IMG/VR virus record: IMGVR_UViG_3300024319_000003 | Coordinates: 103,697-167,696 of that record | DNA: 64,000 nt | Source of the DNA: a virus | Strand: one strand, 5' to 3' | Shown here: positions 58,241 through 64,000 of the stretch, one piece after another | Position numbering within the stretch: position 1 is the stretch's first letter | Layout: every line of letters starts with the position of its first letter | Translations under genes and position numbers: made by a program | Notes under the pieces: model-generated | The model's database searches: none | What the model was told of the DNA's origin: nothing | Seen by the model: the letters and a program-made list of their open reading frames with translations, nothing else

Positions 58241-58762
58241 ATGATAAAAAGAATAGCATTAGTAGGAGCAAGTAGTACAGGTAAGACTACTGTATATGAA
58301 TTATTAAAAAATAAATTACCTAAATATGAATTCGTAAACGAATCTACTAGAACTGTAGGTAGTTACGGATTTCCTATCAACGAGGAAGGTACTTGTGCTA
58401 CTCAGTTAGCTATTAGTAGTTTTCATTTAGAAGCTTTACTCCAACCTTATAACTTAGTACTAGATAGATGTTATATGGATGTTGTAGTTTATACTAAATT
58501 TATGAAAGGGGTAACTTCACATACGTACAGTTATATAGAAGATACTTGGAATAGGGTTAAAAATGAATATACTCATTATATTTACTTCCCTATTGAATTC
58601 GATTCAGTAGATGATGGAGTAAGGAGTATAAGTGAAGAGTGGAGAAAAGAAGTAGATGATGAATTTAAAGCAGTACTAGACGGAGTACGTCAACCTTACT
58701 TAACTATAACTGGTTCTCCTATGCAAAGAGTAGAACAAATAATGAAATTTATAAATGTATAA
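58241..58762 (+). CDS. P-loop nucleotide kinase-like protein (NadR/AAA_28 or dNMP kinase-like)
   Basis: GASSTGKTT, VLDR..D and DDGVR motifs. Confidence 0.8.
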   Translation: MIKRIALVGASSTGKTTVYELLKNKLPKYEFVNESTRTVGSYGFPINEEGTCATQLAISSFHLEALLQPYNLVLDRCYMDVVVYTKFMKGVTSHTYSYIEDTWNRVKNEYTHYIYFPIEFDSVDDGVRSISEEWRKEVDDEFKAVLDGVRQPYLTITGSPMQRVEQIMKFINV

Positions 58763-59120
58763 ATACGGAGCTAAATTAATTAGAGTAGTCGACGGAGATA
58801 CCGCAGATGTAATGATCGATTTGGGTTTTGATACTTGGGTTAAAGCAAGGTTAAGATTTAAAGGGGTTGACACTTGGGAAAAGAGAACAAGAGATTTACA
58901 AGAAAAAGCTAAAGGCTTAGAAGCCTCAGCATTTACAAAAAAGTATCTAGAGATGAATGATGGTAATTTTATCATTCAGTCGTACGGGAAAGGTAAGTAC
59001 GGTAGGATATTAGCTGAAATTTTCATAAAAGGAGAAGAAACCTCTTTAAATAAACTACTAATCGAAAACGGCCACGCTTACATATACGAGGGTGGTAAAA
59101 AACAAACATTTAAAAATTAA
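58755..59120 (+). CDS. Thermonuclease (SNase-like)
   Basis: RVVDGDT, R..GVDT.E, KYGRILA, N..L...G.A. Confidence 0.88.
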   Translation: MYKYGAKLIRVVDGDTADVMIDLGFDTWVKARLRFKGVDTWEKRTRDLQEKAKGLEASAFTKKYLEMNDGNFIIQSYGKGKYGRILAEIFIKGEETSLNKLLIENGHAYIYEGGKKQTFKN

Positions 59121-59123
59121 ATT

Positions 59124-60035
59124 ATGGCAGACGTAAAAAATTATCAAGAAGTAGTAGAAATAGCATCAAAGCATTTAGGTAAAGTTGGTGGTGATGGGTA
59201 TAAAGACACCTACTCACCTGAACTACTGGTCAAAGTACCAAGGTATTTGAATAGAGAAGGATACGGGTTAACCGATAAAAGCTTCGTAGGAGTAGATACT
59301 TGGAACTGTTACGAAGTCTCAGCAATTACAACTAAAGGTCAACCTGTAGCAGGTATGCTAAAAATTGTATGCCCTTCAGACTCAGAATATCACGTAGAAT
59401 CTAAATCTATTAAACTGTATTTAAATTCTTTTAATATGACCAGACTAGGAGATTGTTCAGCAGATTGTATGGCTGTGATAGAAGCTAGGGTAAAAGAAGA
59501 TTTAGACAAATTACTGGAAACAAATACAACAGTAAGTTTTTATAGTGATTTAGAGGACGGAAAAGCACTATCTTTTGAAGGTTATACAGATTTAGGTGAG
59601 ATAGTAGATTTAGATCAAATAGACTTTACAGCTTTTCAATCTGATGCTTCTCAGCTACTTATAGAAGATACTTCAGATACTCCAAAAGAAATAAAATTAA
59701 GATCTAACTTATTAAGATCTAACTGTAGAGTAACGAATCAACCAGATTGGGGTGATGTATTTATTAGAATGAATGGTAAAAATTTACCAGCAGTAGATTC
59801 GTTAGCTAAGTATATTGTATCTCATAGAACGGTAAGTCATTTTCATGAAGAAATATGTGAAATGGTATTTAAGCATTTAATGGATGCGTATAAACCAGAC
59901 GATTTAATGGTATCATGTCTATACACTAGACGAGGTGGTTTAGATATTAACCCTATTAGAGCTACGCATTCAAGATTTATACCAGACTTTTTTACACACA
60001 CAGATTATAGAATTGAAAAAACCTTAAGACAGTAA
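59124..60035 (+). CDS. queF: preQ0 reductase, bimodular type
   Basis: D.W..YE.S, VESKSIKLYLNSFN, SNCRVTNQPDWG, FHE and YTRRGGLDINP motifs. Confidence 0.95.
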   Translation: MADVKNYQEVVEIASKHLGKVGGDGYKDTYSPELLVKVPRYLNREGYGLTDKSFVGVDTWNCYEVSAITTKGQPVAGMLKIVCPSDSEYHVESKSIKLYLNSFNMTRLGDCSADCMAVIEARVKEDLDKLLETNTTVSFYSDLEDGKALSFEGYTDLGEIVDLDQIDFTAFQSDASQLLIEDTSDTPKEIKLRSNLLRSNCRVTNQPDWGDVFIRMNGKNLPAVDSLAKYIVSHRTVSHFHEEICEMVFKHLMDAYKPDDLMVSCLYTRRGGLDINPIRATHSRFIPDFFTHTDYRIEKTLRQ

Positions 60036-60036
60036 T

Positions 60037-60297
60037 ATGGAAAATACAAAACTACAAGAAGAACTCGCTAGTTTAAAATTTAACGGAAAATCAGCACTAG
60101 ATGCAACATATTCACTTTTTGATTACCTAGGACAGAAAGCAGGTCCAGAATTAGGAAGGGATGTATATAAGACAGCATTAAGAGAGAAAGAACCAGTTGG
60201 AGTAAGAGATGTAAGCAATAGAGCTTACACAGGTAAGGTAATGCTATATAGAAAAGAATTCTTAAAAGAATATTTTGATGCAAAAAGAAATAGTTGA
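60037..60297 (+). CDS. Hypothetical protein
   Basis: 86 aa ORF in the operon. Confidence 0.7.
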   Translation: MENTKLQEELASLKFNGKSALDATYSLFDYLGQKAGPELGRDVYKTALREKEPVGVRDVSNRAYTGKVMLYRKEFLKEYFDAKRNS

Positions 60298-60535
60298 GAA
60301 TAACGAACTTATAGCAAAACGGGTACCACCTGGAGATAAATGGGAACTAGTCATTGATAAGGAAAACCTTATTGATGGCTTAGTACCTACCCTCACACAG
60401 TATATGCGTAAAACTAAATTTAAAGGTCACTATAGATTAGAACCTTTGAATGGCAAATTATTCGCTATAAAGACTGAAGAGGTTACTATAGAAGAACCGG
60501 AACCAGAAAAGTTTGATCTTTACGGAGAATATTAG
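60275..60535 (+). CDS. Hypothetical protein
   Basis: 86 aa ORF in the operon. Confidence 0.7.
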   Translation: MMQKEIVENNELIAKRVPPGDKWELVIDKENLIDGLVPTLTQYMRKTKFKGHYRLEPLNGKLFAIKTEEVTIEEPEPEKFDLYGEY

Positions 60536-60542
60536 GGAAAAA

Positions 60543-60572
60543 GTTGTTTCCTATTGTTTATTTTCTTATATT
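60543..60572 (+). promoter_or_regulatory. GTTG-N20-TATATT promoter
   Basis: Recurrent motif. Confidence 0.72.
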
Positions 60573-60605
60573 TAGATATATTAATAGTTTAAAACAATAA
60601 AGGTT

Positions 60606-60827
60606 ATGACAGTATTACAAAGTTTAGATAGATTAGAAATATCTTACATCAAGCACATGGAAAAGTACAATGGGTATAAAGATGCTGGTTATGTGTGGTG
60701 GGATAGAATTAAAGATTGCCAGAAATGGTGTAACAAAGAAAAGACTTACGTACCTATGAGCGATACTCAGACATTGATGATAATGAGAAAATGGGTAAAA
60801 AGAGAGAAATCTTTTAACATAATATAA
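60606..60827 (+). CDS. Hypothetical protein
   Basis: 73 aa ORF after the promoter. Confidence 0.6.
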   Translation: MTVLQSLDRLEISYIKHMEKYNGYKDAGYVWWDRIKDCQKWCNKEKTYVPMSDTQTLMIMRKWVKREKSFNII

Positions 60828-60828
60828 T

Positions 60829-60969
60829 ATGAAACACCCAGGATACTCAAAAGCAAAAAATGAATATGCTCAAAGAACAGAGACCTCTTTATCATCTTCA
60901 GGAAAAAAAGCATTGAAAGCAGAATTAAAAAGGTTTAATGATAGGCTAAAAAAACTTATAAAGGAATGA
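60829..60969 (+). CDS. Small basic ORF (46 aa), absent from the track
   Basis: MKHPGYSKAK...RLKKLIKE*; ATGA overlap with the next gene. Confidence 0.5.
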   Translation: MKHPGYSKAKNEYAQRTETSLSSSGKKALKAELKRFNDRLKKLIKE

Positions 60970-61511
60970 TACCAAAAAATTTCAAGTATTTAGATTCATT
61001 TGTACTCCCAAGAGAGGTAGAACAGAGCACAAGAGCTTTAACAGAACATATCACAGAAGCAAATAGGTATAAGTACTTTTTAAAATTAAAAGTCAGAAGA
61101 GATACAAAAGACCATGTCACTATGGTACCAGAAGACTTCCCAATGCAAAGGTTAATATACCTTATTGTGTATAAAGCACCTTCCGGAACCCAACAGTTCT
61201 TTAAAGTAGGATGCTCACAGAAATGCTATCAGAGAATAGGAAGAAACTATCTACAAGGATCTGGAGCAAATACAGGGTGGTTATCACCAGCAATGCATGA
61301 GTTCTTAAAAGAGTTTAAAGGAGAGTTTGAAATCTATGCTAGAGCATTTGATGAAAAAATTACTCAAATGGATGATGATATAGAAGTAGATTATACTCCA
61401 AGACTAGATACCATAGAAAAAATGTATCAAGATAAATTAAACATTAAAGACGGAAAGAAAGCTGTTCAAGAGTTTTTTACTCTGAATAATTTTTCGTATA
61501 TTATTAAATAA
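60966..61511 (+). CDS. GIY-YIG family nuclease, T4 endonuclease II (DenA)-like
   Basis: LIYLI...FKVG...QRI..Y, S..MH..LKE....EIYAR and D..E......N resemble the EndoII layout. Confidence 0.6.
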   Translation: MIPKNFKYLDSFVLPREVEQSTRALTEHITEANRYKYFLKLKVRRDTKDHVTMVPEDFPMQRLIYLIVYKAPSGTQQFFKVGCSQKCYQRIGRNYLQGSGANTGWLSPAMHEFLKEFKGEFEIYARAFDEKITQMDDDIEVDYTPRLDTIEKMYQDKLNIKDGKKAVQEFFTLNNFSYIIK

Positions 61512-61526
61512 ATAAAACGGTTATAT

Positions 61527-63875
61527 ATGCAATTAGAAAAAAAGTACTATACGGTTCAAGATGAAGAGACCTTAAAATTACTTCATCAACATATCTTAGA
61601 CTCAGATGTAATAGCAGTCGATACGGAGACTACCGGACTTAACCCTCGTAAGAATAAAATTATTGGTTGGTCTGTTTCTGGAGACGAAGGAGTAGGTTTT
61701 TACTTACCTACTTTAGTCTTTGATTATGAGAAAGATGAGCTGGTATTACAAGAAATAAACGGTAAATCTACTGAGGTTATATCTAGAAACTTACTAAAAT
61801 TACTTATAGGTAAAAAATTAGTATTTCATAATGCTTCTTTTGATGTTCAGTTTATAAAGAACTATTTTGGAGTTGATTTACTACCTAGTGTTTATGTAGA
61901 TACTGGACTATTAGTGCATACTGTATACGAAGAAGGAGCCTTTGGCTATGGTAATCCTTTTGGGTTAAAGTCTATTGCTATAATGAATCAAAAAGAGCTT
62001 GGTTTAGATGTAGAAGAAGCAGCTAATAAGGAACAAATAGAACTTAAAGAATCAATAAAAAATAATGGAGGATCAACTACTAAAGCGTTATATGAAATAT
62101 TTAAAGCTGATTTGGATATTCTTAGTAAATATGCTTCTGCTGATACCGACCTTACTTTACGTATATGTAATTTATACCTTGGAAAACTTAAAGAAGAAGG
62201 ACTAGAGAAGTTTTTCTTTGAAGATGAGGTGATGCCTATCTACCGTGAAGTAACTGTACCTATGGAAGCTTGTGGAGTAGATTTAGATATAGACCTGATT
62301 GAAAAAGTTCATGGTGAGATCATAGAAGATCAAAAAAATAATAAGGAGATAGTAATGAAATCTTTATTAGAGATACCTGAAGTTAAAGAATGGATTATGG
62401 ATACAGCTTTTAAAGAATATCCTCCGTCTCATAAAGGTAACTGGGCTCAAAGATTAGCTGAAAGGTATTCATTAAATTTACCTAAATCTGAGAAGACAGG
62501 TAAGTATTCTATAACTCAAAAAAATATAGAAGCTTTAGAGGAATCACCAGCAAAAAAATACCTATTAACAGGTGATATAGAAATACTAGATGAAATTGAA
62601 GTAGCTAGAATTTCTATGACTATGTGGAAGGAATCGAATGATGGTGACTATATTAATATTCAATCTAAGAAACAGCTAGGCGAGATCGTATTTAAGTATA
62701 TGGGCATAACTCCTAAAGTAGCAGGATCCAATACTAAATCTGGTAGAGCAAAGTTCGATATGGATATGATTAAAGATTTATCTAAAGACTACCCTTGGGC
62801 AGAAAATTTAAGAGTATATAATAGACTACTTAAAATAAAGTCTACCTATGTAGATAGATTTAGAGATCGTCAGGAAGATGGTAGATACTATTTTTACTTT
62901 AAGCAGAACGGTACTGTATCTGGTCGTTATGGATCTGATGCTCAACAACTACCAAAACCTCTTGAAGAAGGAGAAGAAGCTCCTATCATCATGAAATATG
63001 TAAATGTAGTAAGAAAGTTTCTTATTGCCGGAAATGGTAGAAAGGTTATTGATGCCGATTACGAATCTTTAGAACCTCACTGCTTTGCCTCAGTAACAGG
63101 AGATAAAGCTTTACAGGAAATCTTTAATAAGAACTGGGATTTTTATTCTACTGTTGCTATTAAAACTGAAAAGCTAAACGAAGATACTAGTAGATTTCCT
63201 AACGGAGTCTCAGCTGATAAAAGTGCTCCTAATTATTTAAAGAAATTAGATGCTCCAGCTCGTAATAAAGCTAAAGCTTATTCATTAGGTATTGCATACG
63301 GTATGGAAGCTTATGCGTTAAAAATGACTTTAGGAGTAGATCAGAAAACTGCTGAACGTTTAGTACAGGGTTATCTAGATGGATTCCCTCAACTAAAGGA
63401 ATGGAGAGAAAATTCTAGACTTCAAGTCAAAGCTCATGGTTATATTAAGAACTATGTAGGACGGGTTAGACATTTACCTAAAGTTCAAAAGACTTATATC
63501 AAGTTTCAAGATAAGATGATGGATTGGAGATTTAGAAAAGAACTAGAAAAAACCTACGGTAAAGATATAGTTTTAAAAGCGTATAGAGATTATAGAAATG
63601 GACTTAATAACTGTCTTAACTTCCAATTGCAGTCGTTGGCAGCAGCAGTAGTGAATAGAGCAGCGTTGAAGATTAATCAAAAAGCTAAAGAGTTAAACAT
63701 CGATGCTATATGTCAAGCACAAGTGCATGATCAATTGATAGTTAATATAGCTGAAAAAGATGCAGTAATGTTTGCTCCTTACGTTCAAGAGATTATGGAG
63801 AATACTACTAAACTACCCGGAGTAACTTTAAAAGCACCACCAGAAATTGCTAATAATTGGGCAGAAGGGCATTAA
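61527..63875 (+). CDS. polA: Family A DNA polymerase with 3'-5' exonuclease
   Basis: Exo I DTETTG, Exo II HNASFD, Exo III YASAD; motif A ADYESLE, motif B R..AK...LG..YG, motif C VHDQ. Confidence 0.96.
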   Translation: MQLEKKYYTVQDEETLKLLHQHILDSDVIAVDTETTGLNPRKNKIIGWSVSGDEGVGFYLPTLVFDYEKDELVLQEINGKSTEVISRNLLKLLIGKKLVFHNASFDVQFIKNYFGVDLLPSVYVDTGLLVHTVYEEGAFGYGNPFGLKSIAIMNQKELGLDVEEAANKEQIELKESIKNNGGSTTKALYEIFKADLDILSKYASADTDLTLRICNLYLGKLKEEGLEKFFFEDEVMPIYREVTVPMEACGVDLDIDLIEKVHGEIIEDQKNNKEIVMKSLLEIPEVKEWIMDTAFKEYPPSHKGNWAQRLAERYSLNLPKSEKTGKYSITQKNIEALEESPAKKYLLTGDIEILDEIEVARISMTMWKESNDGDYINIQSKKQLGEIVFKYMGITPKVAGSNTKSGRAKFDMDMIKDLSKDYPWAENLRVYNRLLKIKSTYVDRFRDRQEDGRYYFYFKQNGTVSGRYGSDAQQLPKPLEEGEEAPIIMKYVNVVRKFLIAGNGRKVIDADYESLEPHCFASVTGDKALQEIFNKNWDFYSTVAIKTEKLNEDTSRFPNGVSADKSAPNYLKKLDAPARNKAKAYSLGIAYGMEAYALKMTLGVDQKTAERLVQGYLDGFPQLKEWRENSRLQVKAHGYIKNYVGRVRHLPKVQKTYIKFQDKMMDWRFRKELEKTYGKDIVLKAYRDYRNGLNNCLNFQLQSLAAAVVNRAALKINQKAKELNIDAICQAQVHDQLIVNIAEKDAVMFAPYVQEIMENTTKLPGVTLKAPPEIANNWAEGH

Positions 63876-63976
63876 AACGAATTTAACCTATATTTATATA
63901 AGATGAAAGATCAACTTGAGAGCGATTTTTTATTACATTAACCGACGATCTTAGGACGTCATAAACTTAAAATGAT

Positions 63977-64000
63977 ATGAGTACATTAGAATTATTAAAC
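63977..64000 (+). CDS. Probable start of the next gene (MSTLELLN...), truncated by the window end
   Basis: ATG after an A-rich leader and TATTTATA at 63891; only 8 codons visible. Confidence 0.35.

Overview
All 64 kb read as one co-oriented (+ strand), AT-rich segment of a large contractile-tailed (myovirus) phage genome. The host is most likely Bacteroidota (flavobacteria), inferred from about 10 copies of a KTTG-N20-TATATT promoter matching the Bacteroidetes -33/-7 architecture and from AT-rich leaders that lack Shine-Dalgarno sites. Layout: (1) 1-29.9 kb, giant tail-fibre/receptor-binding genes, including three GNVGIGT-repeat fibres, a tandem array of six LamG/ConA-like paralogs and a collagen-like protein. 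(2) 30.4-42.4 kb, tail sheath, tube, a gp26/gp51-like chaperone pair with a candidate programmed frameshift, tape measure, LysM protein and a hub-peptidase fusion. (3) 42.4-52 kb, replication and nucleotide genes: a short atypical family A polymerase, gp32-like SSB, RecA/UvsX, 5'-3' exonuclease, DnaB-like helicase, class I RNR and thioredoxin. (4) 52-60 kb, a complete 7-deazaguanine DNA-modification cluster (queC, queD, queE, folE, queF, dpdA-like, PurN-like formyltransferase) interleaved with a purine PRTase, MazG-like pyrophosphatase, P-loop kinase, thermonuclease and tRNA-Ala(UGC). (5) 60-64 kb, a T4 EndoII-like GIY-YIG nuclease and a full family A DNA polymerase. The most striking observation is two compact preQ1-I-like riboswitch aptamers with covarying stems in the 5' UTRs of the queD/queE and folE/dpdA units, plus a different pseudoknot-like leader before queC. 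This suggests a phage that feedback-regulates its own DNA-modification pathway through riboswitches. All calls come from motif recognition by eye; no database search was run.
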